64,000 bases of DNA from Bacilli bacterium (lineage in GTDB: Bacteria > Bacillota_I > Bacilli_A > RF39 > UBA660): contig JAFXZI010000001.1 of assembly GCA_017541325.1 (NCBI GenBank), positions 5,624-69,623 on the forward strand, written 5' to 3'. This document shows positions 48,311 to 58,230 of this stretch, piece after piece; position 1 is the stretch's first letter, and every line of letters starts with the position of its first letter. A program made the translations under genes and the position numbers. Under the pieces are notes generated by a model, which saw only the letters and a program-made list of their open reading frames with translations, ran no database searches and had not been told where the DNA came from.

Positions 48311-51300
48311 TTTCTTCTCCTAAATTTTCTTTTGCTACTGTAAGCATTAATTTAATTCTATTTATTTGATTAGTGTGACTAGCACCTGGATCATAATCTA
48401 TCGCAACTATATTAGATTTTGGATATAGTTTTCTAATCTTTTTAATAACAGCTTTACCTACGATATGATTAGGTAGACAAGCAAAAGGTTGTACACATAC
48501 AATGTTTTCTATTCCTTCATTAATTAATTCTACCATTTCACCAGTTAGGAACCATCCTTCACCAGTTTGATTACCAGTAGAAAGTATTCCGTCTACATTA
48601 TGCTCTAGTTTATGAATATCAGCAGGCATTCTATAACGTGTACCTTTTGTTTCCTGGATAATTACTTTATCATAACGTTCCAAGAATTTCAAAGCTTGTG
48701 TATAAATAAATGGTGTCATTCTTCCTGTTTTAAGTAATCTTGCTTTGATAATTGAATTAATTGCACAGTATTTAATAAATCCCATTAAATCAGGACTAAC
48801 TACTTCTGCACCTTCTGCTTCTAGTTTAGCAATTAAGTTATCATTTCCATAACGATGGTACTTAATTAATATTTCTCCAACTATTCCTACTTTAGGAAGA
48901 GTTTTCTTCTCTATTTTTATCTTTTTAAAATCTTCAAAAATATCATGAACATTTTTCTTATATTCAGAATACTTTCCACGTCTTACTGCATCAAGTGTAA
49001 TTTTTTCCCATTTCTCATATACTTTTTGCGAATCTCCTGGATGCTTTTCATATGGACGAGTTGCATGTAAAAGTCTCATTAAAAGATCTCCATACTCTAC
49101 TGCTTGAAGTGCTTTATTAGCAAAAGATAAAGTTACTTTAAATGCTTGTTCTTTTTCAAGTCCACTTAAATTAAATGATAGGATTGATACTTTTTCTAGT
49201 CCTGCATCTCTAAGTCCTTTTCTAATAAGTCCAATATAGTTAGTAGCACGACATCCTCCACCAGTTTGAGTAATAATTACACTAGTATTATCAAGATCAT
49301 ACTCTCCACTCTTTAAGGCATGTATTAATTGTCCTATTACGATAATTGCTGGATAACAAGCATCATTATTAACATATTTAAGTCCAGTTTCTACAGTCTC
49401 TTCATTACTTTCTCTTAAATAAACTGCATTATATCCTTCACTTTGAAGTACTGCTTCAAAATATGGCATATGAAATGGTGCCATATCTGGGAATAATAAA
49501 GTATGTTTTTTATCACTTTCTTTAAAATAATTCTTATTATATTTATATGGCTTATAATCAAGTTCTTCTGCACGTTTATTCATTGATGCGATTAATGAAC
49601 GAATTCTAATTTTTGCAGCTCCTAAGTTATTTATTTCATCGATTTTTATTGTTGTATATAACTTATTATTTTTCTTTAATATTTCTTCGGCTTGATCAGT
49701 TATAATTGCATCTAACCCACATCCAAACGAATTTAAGTTAACAAGTTCAATATTTGGTCTTTGACTTACAACGTCAGCAGCACGATATACTCTAGAGTGA
49801 TATGCCCATTGATCAACTACACGTAATTTTGTCTCAAGTTTATTTAAATGACATATTGAGTCTTCAGTTAGTACTGCAAGTCCAAGTGAATTAATCATAG
49901 TATCAATTCCATGGTTAACTTCTTTATCTAAATGATAAGGTCTTCCTGCAAGAACGATTGCTTTTTCTTTATGTTCATCTATATATTTTAAGAACTCTTC
50001 TCCTTTATTTCTTACATCTTGTTTAAATTTAGCTTGTTCTTTAAAAGCTGCACTAATTGCATCTTTAAGTTCTTTCTTAGTAAATTTATATTCCTTAAAT
50101 TCAGGAAGTTCTAGTATTCTAAGAAGCATTCCTTTTTCATCCATAGGTAAAAATGGATTCATATATTTAATAGTTTTATCCTCTAGTTCATCTACATTAA
50201 GTTTAATTGCTTCACTATAAGATTGTACTATTGGACAGTTATAATTATTATCACTTTCTTTAAATTCTTTAGTCTCGTACATTATACAAGGATAGAATAT
50301 TGTCTTAATTCCTTTTTCAAGTAAATTAATAATATGTCCATGAACAAGTTTAGCTGGATAACAAACTGATTCCGATGGCATAGATTCTATTCCTTTTTCA
50401 TAGATTCTACGATTAGAATGATCTGATATAACTACTCTAAATCCAAGTTTAGTAAATAAAGTAAACCAAAGTGGATAATCTTCATACATATTAAGAACTC
50501 TTGGTATTCCAATTACTCCTCTTTTAGCATCTTCTTCTTTTATTGGTTCATAATTAAATAATCTATCATATTTCCATGAATACATGTTAGGTAGGCTAGA
50601 ATTACTTCCATTATTACCACTACCACGTTCACATCTATTTCCAGAAATAAATCTCTTTTTACCAAACATATTTATAGTAAGTGCACAATGGTTCTCACAA
50701 ATTTGACAACGACTAAAGAATGTTTTTACTTTCATCTCTTCAATCTCTTTAGGAGAAAGAATTGTACTTTTAACATCTTGGTCATCATATTGTTTATAGT
50801 TTTCAAGTGCGATTAAGGCAACTCCATAAGCACCCATTAGTCCAGCAATATCTGGTCTTATTACTTCTTTACCAGTAATATTTTCAAAGGCTTTTAAAAC
50901 TCCGTCATTCAAAAATGTTCCACCTTGTACAACTATCTTTTTACCAAGAGTTTCTACATCTCTAATCTTCATTACTTTTTGAATAGCATTTCTAATTACA
51001 GAATAAGAAAGTCCTGCAAAAATATCTCCAAGAGGTCTACCTTCTTTTTGAGTTTGTTTAATTTTTGAATTCATAAATACTGTACAACGAGAACCAAGAT
51101 CAATTGGATTTTTAGCATGCACTGCATAATCTACAAACTCTGATACAGTAATATTTAATGACTTAGCAAGGGTTTCAATAAATGAACCACATCCTGATGA
51201 ACAAGCTTCATTAAGCATGATAGAATCTACTGCTCCATCTTTTATCTTAATATATTTCATATCTTGTCCACCAATATCAATAATACTTTCTACTCCTGGT

Positions 51301-52535
51301 AGAAAATAGTTAGCAGCTTCATAATGAGCCATAGTCTCAATCTCAGATATATCTAAATTAAATGCAGTTTTAATTAATAATTCTCCATATCCAGTAGATC
51401 CACTACTACGAATAACAGTTTTTTCTGGTAATTTAGAATACAAATCAAGTAACATATCTTTTACTGTATCAACTGGGGTACCCTTATTACTACGATAATT
51501 CTCATATAAAAGGTTTCCATCATAATCGATAGCAACTACTTTAGCAGTAGTACTACCAGCATCTATTCCTATAAATACATCTCCTGTATACGTATCTAAA
51601 TCTCTTCTTTTAACTGAGTCTTTTTGATGTCTTTTTAAGAATTTTTGGTAATCTTTTTCATCTTTAAATAATGGTTCTAAGTTTCCTGATTCACTTTCTT
51701 TAAACTTAGATAATTTTTTTAATAATGTTTTTAACTCATCTACAGTAAGAGTTTTTTTCTTATCTTTATTTAAAATAGCACCAATACATACAAATACTCT
51801 TGCATCATCTGGTATTATTATTTCTTCATCTTTTAAATTTAATGTTTTTATAAATCTCTCTCTTAACATAGAAAGATAATTAAGTGGTCCACCTAAAAAA
51901 ATAACATTTCCTTTAATAGGTTTTCCACAAGCAAGTCCACTTATAGTTTGATTAACTACTGCTTGCATAATAGAAAGTGCTACATCTTCTTTTTTAGCAC
52001 CTTCATTTAAAAGAGGTTGAATATCAGTTTTTGCAAAAACTCCACAACGAGAAGCAATTGGATATATTGTTTCTCCAGTAGTTGCTAGTTCATTTAATCC
52101 TTCAGTTGTAGTATTAAGAAGAACAGCCATTTGATCTAAGAATGCTCCTGTACCACCAGCACAAGAACCATTCATTCTTTGTTCTATAGTTTGATCAAAA
52201 TAAATAATTTTTGCATCTTCTCCACCAAGTTCTATTGCAACATCAGTAGATGGAGCATATTCTTTTATAGCATTTTTACATGCAATAACTTCTTGAACAA
52301 AAGAAACATCCAAAAACTTAGCAAGAGCTATTGCACCACTTCCTGTAAAAGTAATAGTAAATTTATTTCCATTACCAAAAGAATCTATAACAGTACTTAA
52401 AAGAGAATTAATAGTCTTTTTAGTATCTGAAAAGTGTCTTTGGTAATCTGTATATAATATATTTTTCTTATTGTCCATTACTACTACTTTAACTGTAGTA
52501 GAACCAACATCTAATCCAATATTAAGTACTTTCAT
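48303..52535 (-). CDS. Giant fusion protein: two BadF/BadG/BcrA/BcrD-type ATPase (CoA-substrate-specific enzyme activase) domains plus 2-hydroxyacyl-CoA dehydratase (HgdB/HadC-like) domains
   Basis: Two LGLDVGSTT/IGIDAGSTTAKVV actin-fold ATPase N-termini, Cys clusters (CQICENHC, CERG). 1410 aa. Start set at MKVLNIG with RBS aagagg. Confidence 0.7.
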   Translation of the reverse strand: MKVLNIGLDVGSTTVKVVVMDNKKNILYTDYQRHFSDTKKTINSLLSTVIDSFGNGNKFTITFTGSGAIALAKFLDVSFVQEVIACKNAIKEYAPSTDVAIELGGEDAKIIYFDQTIEQRMNGSCAGGTGAFLDQMAVLLNTTTEGLNELATTGETIYPIASRCGVFAKTDIQPLLNEGAKKEDVALSIMQAVVNQTISGLACGKPIKGNVIFLGGPLNYLSMLRERFIKTLNLKDEEIIIPDDARVFVCIGAILNKDKKKTLTVDELKTLLKKLSKFKESESGNLEPLFKDEKDYQKFLKRHQKDSVKRRDLDTYTGDVFIGIDAGSTTAKVVAIDYDGNLLYENYRSNKGTPVDTVKDMLLDLYSKLPEKTVIRSSGSTGYGELLIKTAFNLDISEIETMAHYEAANYFLPGVESIIDIGGQDMKYIKIKDGAVDSIMLNEACSSGCGSFIETLAKSLNITVSEFVDYAVHAKNPIDLGSRCTVFMNSKIKQTQKEGRPLGDIFAGLSYSVIRNAIQKVMKIRDVETLGKKIVVQGGTFLNDGVLKAFENITGKEVIRPDIAGLMGAYGVALIALENYKQYDDQDVKSTILSPKEIEEMKVKTFFSRCQICENHCALTINMFGKKRFISGNRCERGSGNNGSNSSLPNMYSWKYDRLFNYEPIKEEDAKRGVIGIPRVLNMYEDYPLWFTLFTKLGFRVVISDHSNRRIYEKGIESMPSESVCYPAKLVHGHIINLLEKGIKTIFYPCIMYETKEFKESDNNYNCPIVQSYSEAIKLNVDELEDKTIKYMNPFLPMDEKGMLLRILELPEFKEYKFTKKELKDAISAAFKEQAKFKQDVRNKGEEFLKYIDEHKEKAIVLAGRPYHLDKEVNHGIDTMINSLGLAVLTEDSICHLNKLETKLRVVDQWAYHSRVYRAADVVSQRPNIELVNLNSFGCGLDAIITDQAEEILKKNNKLYTTIKIDEINNLGAAKIRIRSLIASMNKRAEELDYKPYKYNKNYFKESDKKHTLLFPDMAPFHMPYFEAVLQSEGYNAVYLRESNEETVETGLKYVNNDACYPAIIVIGQLIHALKSGEYDLDNTSVIITQTGGGCRATNYIGLIRKGLRDAGLEKVSILSFNLSGLEKEQAFKVTLSFANKALQAVEYGDLLMRLLHATRPYEKHPGDSQKVYEKWEKITLDAVRRGKYSEYKKNVHDIFEDFKKIKIEKKTLPKVGIVGEILIKYHRYGNDNLIAKLEAEGAEVVSPDLMGFIKYCAINSIIKARLLKTGRMTPFIYTQALKFLERYDKVIIQETKGTRYRMPADIHKLEHNVDGILSTGNQTGEGWFLTGEMVELINEGIENIVCVQPFACLPNHIVGKAVIKKIRKLYPKSNIVAIDYDPGASHTNQINRIKLMLTVAKENLGEENE

Positions 52536-52584
52536 AAACATAACCTCTTTGTATATTTTAACAAAATTAATAAAAAATAACAAT

Positions 52585-52700
52585 AAACAAAAAGGAACTG
52601 TCCCCCCTGAAGGACAGTTCCATAAAAAAGAATAAAAAGGGGTTGGCTAGTGTGATACTAGCGACCAATTCGCCATTTCGAATTGGTGATACTTATACTA
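52585..52700. other. Cluster of GC-rich stem-loops in an AT-rich divergent intergenic region (possible leader, attenuator or sRNA)
   Basis: Perfect 10-bp stem ggaactgtcc-cccctgaa-ggacagttcc (52597-52624) followed on the minus strand by a T-run; further stems gctagt-gtgat-actagc and ccaattcg-ccattt-cgaattgg. Confidence 0.35.
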
Positions 52701-52778
52701 ATCGAAAAGACTTGATTTGTCAACAAAAAAATGCATTTTTTTAACAAAAAATATGATATACTTTTATTGGTGATGGTT

Positions 52779-53420
52779 ATGGCAAAAGTTAAAATACCAA
52801 AATATACTTTAGGAGAAGAAATAACAAACGCAATCACCCATGGAATAGGTGCTATTCTAGGTATTGTTGCTTTAATTCTTTTATTATTAAAAGCTACTAC
52901 TTGGGTAGCTGTATTATCATCTTGTGTCTATGCGTTTTTTACTATTTTATTATATGTAATATCTTGTATTTACCACGCATTAAGTCCTAGGCTTACTGGT
53001 AAAAAAGTATTAAGAGTAATAGATCATTGTAACGTACTACTAATGCTTGCTGGAACATATACTCCAATTTGTTTATGCCTACTTACTAATCCCCTTAATT
53101 GGATAGTATTTCTAATAGTATGGTCAATAACAATTGTATCAGTAGTATTTACAGCAATTAATTTAGAAAAATATGCTTGGATGTCTATAGTATCTAATTT
53201 AGTTCTAGGATGGGGAAGCTTACTAATAATTAAAACACTAATAGAACTATGTACTTTAAAAGGAGTAATAATACTAATATTAGGCGGAGTCGCTTATTCA
53301 TTAGGTGCTGTTCTTTACTTAATAGGAAAAAAGAAAAAATATATGCATTCAGTATTTCATGTATTTGTCTTAATTGCTAGTATATTTCATTTCTTATTTA
53401 TATATTGGTATTGTATTTAA
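52779..53420 (+). CDS. Hemolysin-III family membrane protein (PAQR/YqfA-like)
   Basis: EEITNAITHGIG...YHALSPR...IDHCNVLLMLAGTYTP; 7 TM. Start set at MAKVKIP with RBS ggtgatgg. Confidence 0.75.
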   Translation: MAKVKIPKYTLGEEITNAITHGIGAILGIVALILLLLKATTWVAVLSSCVYAFFTILLYVISCIYHALSPRLTGKKVLRVIDHCNVLLMLAGTYTPICLCLLTNPLNWIVFLIVWSITIVSVVFTAINLEKYAWMSIVSNLVLGWGSLLIIKTLIELCTLKGVIILILGGVAYSLGAVLYLIGKKKKYMHSVFHVFVLIASIFHFLFIYWYCI

Positions 53421-53453
53421 AAAAAAAAGAGATTAATAAATCTCTTTTTTTAT

Positions 53454-54203
53454 TTAAGAAGAATATTCTACTTTTTTATTTACAAAAATATAATTATTAT
53501 TAACTCTTTTAAATGTTAGTGTTACTTCTTCATCAAAGAAACTATTACCACTAAGACTATAATCTAAGTAATACTTAATTTTAAGTCTTCCATCTTCTGT
53601 ATAAGCATCTTTTAATACAGCTTTAGGAAAATCATATTCTTCATCATCTAAAGATGTATCATCTTTAAGTTCTAAATAATAATATAATAATGAATCTGGA
53701 TCATATACATAAGTTAAGAAATTATTTAATTCAATTTCTTTATCAAATCCAAATAGTTCATCATATCTTGCTATTACTACCCCTCTATGAATACCATATG
53801 TTCTATTAGTACATACAAATACTTCTGGTATTTCTATGGTTACATCATCACAGTCAATGTTCATAAATTCTCTATTAGAAATAGTTTTAAATACTACAAA
53901 TAATTTTTCTTCATTTGATAAATCACTTTCTTTGTCATATTTATTTTTATTAATATAAATACTATCTTTATCTGTATCTAACTTAGAAAATACTTCAAAT
54001 AAAGTTTGAACATCAGGGTCTTTTAATAATTCATTTTCTTCTTCTTTTTCTTCTGGATCATCTTGAAAACCTTCATATTCAACTTTATCTCTATTAGAAC
54101 TAATAGAATAAATAACTAATATAAAAGTTAATCCAATCGCAAAAAATAAAACTACAAAGGCAATATTTTTCTTATCTATATCCATATATTCACCTTCTAT
54201 CAT
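53454..54203 (-). CDS. Hypothetical membrane-anchored acidic protein
   Basis: N-terminal TM; acidic domain. Confidence 0.35.
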   Translation of the reverse strand: MIEGEYMDIDKKNIAFVVLFFAIGLTFILVIYSISSNRDKVEYEGFQDDPEEKEEENELLKDPDVQTLFEVFSKLDTDKDSIYINKNKYDKESDLSNEEKLFVVFKTISNREFMNIDCDDVTIEIPEVFVCTNRTYGIHRGVVIARYDELFGFDKEIELNNFLTYVYDPDSLLYYYLELKDDTSLDDEEYDFPKAVLKDAYTEDGRLKIKYYLDYSLSGNSFFDEEVTLTFKRVNNNYIFVNKKVEYSS

Positions 54204-54243
54204 ATAAATTGTATCAAAAAAAAGAGGATTATTAAACCTCTTT

Positions 54244-55317
54244 TTATAATGATAATACTTTTCTAAATACTTCTCTTCTTTCTTCTACTGTATCTCCTAT
54301 TCTTTCTATTTCAGAATCAGATAAAGAAACAGGTTTAGAAGTACCTTTAAATTGTTCTAATATTCTTTTATATTCATCATCGTAGGCAAGTCTTTCCGCA
54401 ATTGGTCTTACTTGTGGATAATTATCAAGAAGTTCAAAAAGGTTTGGATCAAGTCCATCATATACTTCTTGTGTTTCTTGGGCTACATCTTGATCTTTAA
54501 ATAACAAATCATCATTAAATGGGAAAAGTGGTGCCCAAACATCCCCTTTTTTATGAACAAATTCATTTTTATGATCTATACCAAATATTCTTTCACTATC
54601 ATAAACTTTACTAGGTACAAGTCCTGTAATTTTTGCAACTGTTTTTTCAAGGACTACATTTCCTTCTGCTTTACCTAATCTAGCAAGTATTTCTGGTCTT
54701 AATCTTTGAGTATATTTAACTCCTGGAATTTTAGGTATTTGAAATCCAATATTATTAGGGTTTCTATCAACTTGTAAAGTAAAGGCATCAGCTAAAAACA
54801 ATTTAGTTAAAAAAGATTCTATATTCTTATAATCTTCACTAGCTACTCCATCTCTAAAGAAGGATAATAGGTTTTGTAAATTATAATTTCCATATCCAGT
54901 TAATCCACATATTTCAGGGTCATATAATTCACTAACTAGATAATAGTTGTTATCTTTAGTTTGAAAGTTTGTTGATAAAAGTCCTGTCTTTCTCTCTTCT
55001 TGTGATGGTTTTACTTTAGCATCTAATGTACGTACATGAGCAACCTCATAGTCTAGTGTATCAAGTCCGATAATATCACGAGCAAATTCAGTAAAGAATA
55101 ACTCACTAAATAAACGTAAGTCTCCTCTTACTTTAAAGTATTTTACTTCTCTATTAATTACATACCAAGTAGGTTTTTCTTTTAAATAGGCGTCATTTAA
55201 TTCAACCAAACCTCTTAATGTATATAACGGAATTATACCCTCACGATAGTGAGTTATTAAGGCATCATTAAATTGCATAACTAGTCCCCCCCTCATTGTT
55301 TGTACATTATACCACAA
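54244..55317 (-). CDS. Hypothetical protein with a Brenner-type phosphotransferase motif (possible atypical kinase fold)
   Basis: LQVDRNPNNIGFQI fits h-x-D-x-x-x-x-N-h-h of APH/choline-kinase-like catalytic loops; no glycine-rich loop recognised. Confidence 0.3.
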   Translation of the reverse strand: MWYNVQTMRGGLVMQFNDALITHYREGIIPLYTLRGLVELNDAYLKEKPTWYVINREVKYFKVRGDLRLFSELFFTEFARDIIGLDTLDYEVAHVRTLDAKVKPSQEERKTGLLSTNFQTKDNNYYLVSELYDPEICGLTGYGNYNLQNLLSFFRDGVASEDYKNIESFLTKLFLADAFTLQVDRNPNNIGFQIPKIPGVKYTQRLRPEILARLGKAEGNVVLEKTVAKITGLVPSKVYDSERIFGIDHKNEFVHKKGDVWAPLFPFNDDLLFKDQDVAQETQEVYDGLDPNLFELLDNYPQVRPIAERLAYDDEYKRILEQFKGTSKPVSLSDSEIERIGDTVEERREVFRKVLSL

Positions 55318-55348
55318 AATAAGGATTTTTGCAAATAAAAAGGAAGAT

Positions 55349-55504
55349 TACTCATCTTCCCATGTACCTAATTTCTTTTGAAAAGTATCATCTTCTATGT
55401 CTTTTTCATCATCACCATTATCTTGTTTTAAACCAAAAGTTTCATCTACTTGATCGGTAACAATCATATATTCCATAAATTTATCTAAATCGAATGGTTC
55501 CATA
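55349..55504 (-). CDS. Small acidic 51-aa ORF (MEPFDLDKFMEYMIVTDQVDETFGLKQDNGDDEKDIEDDTFQKKLGTWEDE) not in the ORF track
   Basis: Translated by hand from the minus strand; directly abuts the upstream gene stop. Confidence 0.25.
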
Positions 55505-55975
55505 TTATAAAGCAAATATTACTGTAATAAGTCCAAATACTAAAAATAATCCAAGGAATATATATAAAAATATTGATGATACTAATAAATCTTTTCTTCT
55601 TTTATTATTTTGCTTTTCTAGTTTTATTTGAATACTTCTAAGTTCTTCATTTTTCATATCAGTATCATTATTTATTAATACTTCTGAACTCATCTTATAA
55701 TTTATTCTATGAATTCTTTCTGATTTAATAGCAAAGAATAAAGCTAGAATAAGAATCACTACAAGTATTAAACTAAATATAGTTACTAAAGTAGGAACTA
55801 CATCTAATTTGATTAATTCAAACATAACATAAAAAACTATAAGTAATAAAAATCCTACAATATTAATATGTGATCTACTTTTAGAAAAAATAGTTCTTTC
55901 TCTTTTTACTTCTAAATTAAGTAAGTACTCTTGTTGATTAAAAACATCTTCTTTTTGAATTTCTCTTTTAAACAT
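55505..55975 (-). CDS. Hypothetical membrane protein (3 TM)
   Basis: Hydrophobic helices. Confidence 0.35.
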   Translation of the reverse strand: MFKREIQKEDVFNQQEYLLNLEVKRERTIFSKSRSHINIVGFLLLIVFYVMFELIKLDVVPTLVTIFSLILVVILILALFFAIKSERIHRINYKMSSEVLINNDTDMKNEELRSIQIKLEKQNNKRRKDLLVSSIFLYIFLGLFLVFGLITVIFAL

Positions 55976-55992
55976 ATACCATCACCCTTATC

Positions 55993-56021
55993 TATATTAT
56001 AAATAAAAAAAAGACTTATTT
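55993..56021 (-). terminator. Terminator of the adhesin-like gene
   Basis: aagacttatttaaagtctt plus T-run on the minus strand. Confidence 0.55.
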
Positions 56022-56030
56022 AAAGTCTTT

Positions 56031-57812
56031 TTATTTTCTATACTTACGATCATCTAAGTATAATTGTTGTTCAACGAATACAACATCAGAGTCAGTATGA
56101 GGTGGAGTGATAATATCATCATCTTTCTCATCTTCTTTTTCTCCTTCGTCTCCTGTATTCTTTGTATAGAATAGAGTTACTTCTATTTCGTCGGCACCGA
56201 ATATTCCAGAAGTTTCTCCATCAGCATCAACGTATTCATATCCGTCAAATGTTCTTGTTAAATCAGCTTCCCAAGTAGCTTTATATTTACCTGATAAAGT
56301 TTCAGTAGTTAAAACATCTCCAGTATCTATATCAACATAGTAAACTGTAACTGTTCCTATTAGAGCTCTATAGTAATAAGTAATAGTTTGTTCTTCTGGA
56401 GTAACAAATCCAGTTGCTTCTCCGTCGTATTCTCCAGTATATTCATAGTTCTCTATAGTAGTATCAGAAGTTGTATAACTATCTCCGATACCTTTTTCAA
56501 TTGTTTCAGATTTTAATACTGTTCCATCTTCTTCATCTACGTGATTAACAACAACAGTACTATTATTAATTGTATTTGTAACAGTTATTTCATCATTATC
56601 ATCATTAGAAGTAGCTTCTGAACTAGTATAGTACTCTACTGATATTTCATTAACTGTATATTCAATTAATGTTCCATCTTCCTCAAATCTTGGTAATGAA
56701 ACTGTTTTAGTCCATAAATTATCAGTATCTTCAGATTCATCTTCTTCAGTTAAAGTATAAGTACCAACTAAAGTTTCTCCATTATATACTTCAAATGTAA
56801 CTGATTTACGATAATCTGTTTTGAAATCAACCCAGATTTTATTTAATTTAACATCAACCATTATTCTGTTAAATTTTGCATATAATTTAAATTCAACAGC
56901 TTTTCCTGGTTCAGTAGTAATCTCTGGTACTTTAAAAGTTTTGTCAGTAACAGGATTTCCATCTTTATCTACCCATCCAGCAAATTCATATCCTGGTTTA
57001 GATGGTTCTTCACTAATCATTTGAACATCTTCAAATGACCATTCACCTTCTTTAAAGATACTCTTATCTTCATTGTAATAAGTTACTTTAACTCCTGGTT
57101 GATACCAAGCATAAGCATTTACTGTTTGAGTTGTATTATAGTCACCATATACTCCATTGTATACATCTGATTCACCACAAGTTCCACCATCACAATATTT
57201 ATCCTCATCTACTTTCCAATATAAGAAAGAATAATTACTTGGAACATCTTCTGGAACCTTAAAAGTATGTTTATAACCTGATGCTACTGCATCAGTATTT
57301 GTAGCACTATGACTTCCATGAGCAACATTATCTATATTATTAAATATAATAATAGGTGCTTTATAGGCTTTCCAAACCATATAATAGTTATAAACTTGCA
57401 CTTGAGGATCCCCATAAGCGCAAGATAATTCTATTTTTAACTTTGCAGGGTTTCCAGCATCATACATAGATTCTGGAACTGGATTTCCATCTTCATCGTA
57501 CCATCCTACAAATTCGTATTTTGTTCCTCCACTCGTCCATGTAGGATAATATGTTAAACTTTGACTTTTTGTTGTCCAAGAAGCAGTTTCCCATCTTTCT
57601 TCTTTTATATTATATTTAATATTTAATTTGTTATGTCTTACTGGTTTAGGATTTCTACTATTAACAGTGTTACCATCAGTATCTCTTTCTTTAAAATTAA
57701 CTGTAATATCACATGAATATGTTTCTTCAGTAGATTCTTGAGCAGATACTATAGTAATTCCTAAGAACATTACAGCAAAAGCAAAAAATAATATATTAAA
57801 AAATTTCTTCAT
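56031..57812 (-). CDS. Secreted adhesin-like protein with Listeria-Bacteroides (Flg_new) repeats and two MucBP-like domains; no sorting signal
   Basis: Signal peptide. YEFVGWYDEDGNPV and YEFAGWVDKDGNPV repeats. MucBP-like VVVNHVDEEDGTVL...YEYTG and VTVYYVDIDTGDVL...YEYVD. Acidic C-terminus. Confidence 0.55.
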   Translation of the reverse strand: MKKFFNILFFAFAVMFLGITIVSAQESTEETYSCDITVNFKERDTDGNTVNSRNPKPVRHNKLNIKYNIKEERWETASWTTKSQSLTYYPTWTSGGTKYEFVGWYDEDGNPVPESMYDAGNPAKLKIELSCAYGDPQVQVYNYYMVWKAYKAPIIIFNNIDNVAHGSHSATNTDAVASGYKHTFKVPEDVPSNYSFLYWKVDEDKYCDGGTCGESDVYNGVYGDYNTTQTVNAYAWYQPGVKVTYYNEDKSIFKEGEWSFEDVQMISEEPSKPGYEFAGWVDKDGNPVTDKTFKVPEITTEPGKAVEFKLYAKFNRIMVDVKLNKIWVDFKTDYRKSVTFEVYNGETLVGTYTLTEEDESEDTDNLWTKTVSLPRFEEDGTLIEYTVNEISVEYYTSSEATSNDDNDEITVTNTINNSTVVVNHVDEEDGTVLKSETIEKGIGDSYTTSDTTIENYEYTGEYDGEATGFVTPEEQTITYYYRALIGTVTVYYVDIDTGDVLTTETLSGKYKATWEADLTRTFDGYEYVDADGETSGIFGADEIEVTLFYTKNTGDEGEKEDEKDDDIITPPHTDSDVVFVEQQLYLDDRKYRK

Positions 57813-57959
57813 TTTTTTCCTCTCCTTAATCTTTGAAAATTTTATTTTTGTTTTTTATGAATTAAGAAGAGTACTAATCTATCTTCTGTAATTCAACCAA
57901 AACATTTCCCCTAAATAATCCTCGCCAAACATTTTTATAATAGACTCGCTATAGAACTT

Positions 57960-58080
57960 GCACTATTCCATAGAAGGGTCTCTCTTTACAAGCTTCGATA
58001 GAATATACTTATTTAATTTCTTATTAAAGTTTTAGCATGCTTTAATAAGTTGAATTCAGAAAGGGTCTCTTTCATAAGTA
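57960..58080 (-). promoter_or_regulatory. Two direct repeats AGAAGGGTCTCT(C)TT about 93 nt apart in the 400-nt leader of the adhesin-like gene
   Basis: tagaagggtctctcttta (about 57966-57984) and cagaaagggtctctttca (about 58059-58077); unusually GC-rich for this intergenic region. Confidence 0.3.
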
Positions 58081-58230
58081 CCTATTACATCTATGTCTTC
58101 GATTGACTCACTATAATAATTGTTTTTATTTTTTTTGTCAAATAAAAAAATGAATTTTGTCAAAGAATTAATAATAAATTCTAATTTTTATTAGTACATA
58201 GTATAATGAAGATATAGGGAGTGATTAAAT

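Noticed and set aside
52179-52400. 73-aa ORF antisense to the activase fusion gene
   Set aside because: Antisense artefact.
56821-57024. 67-aa ORF antisense to the adhesin-like gene
   Set aside because: Antisense artefact.
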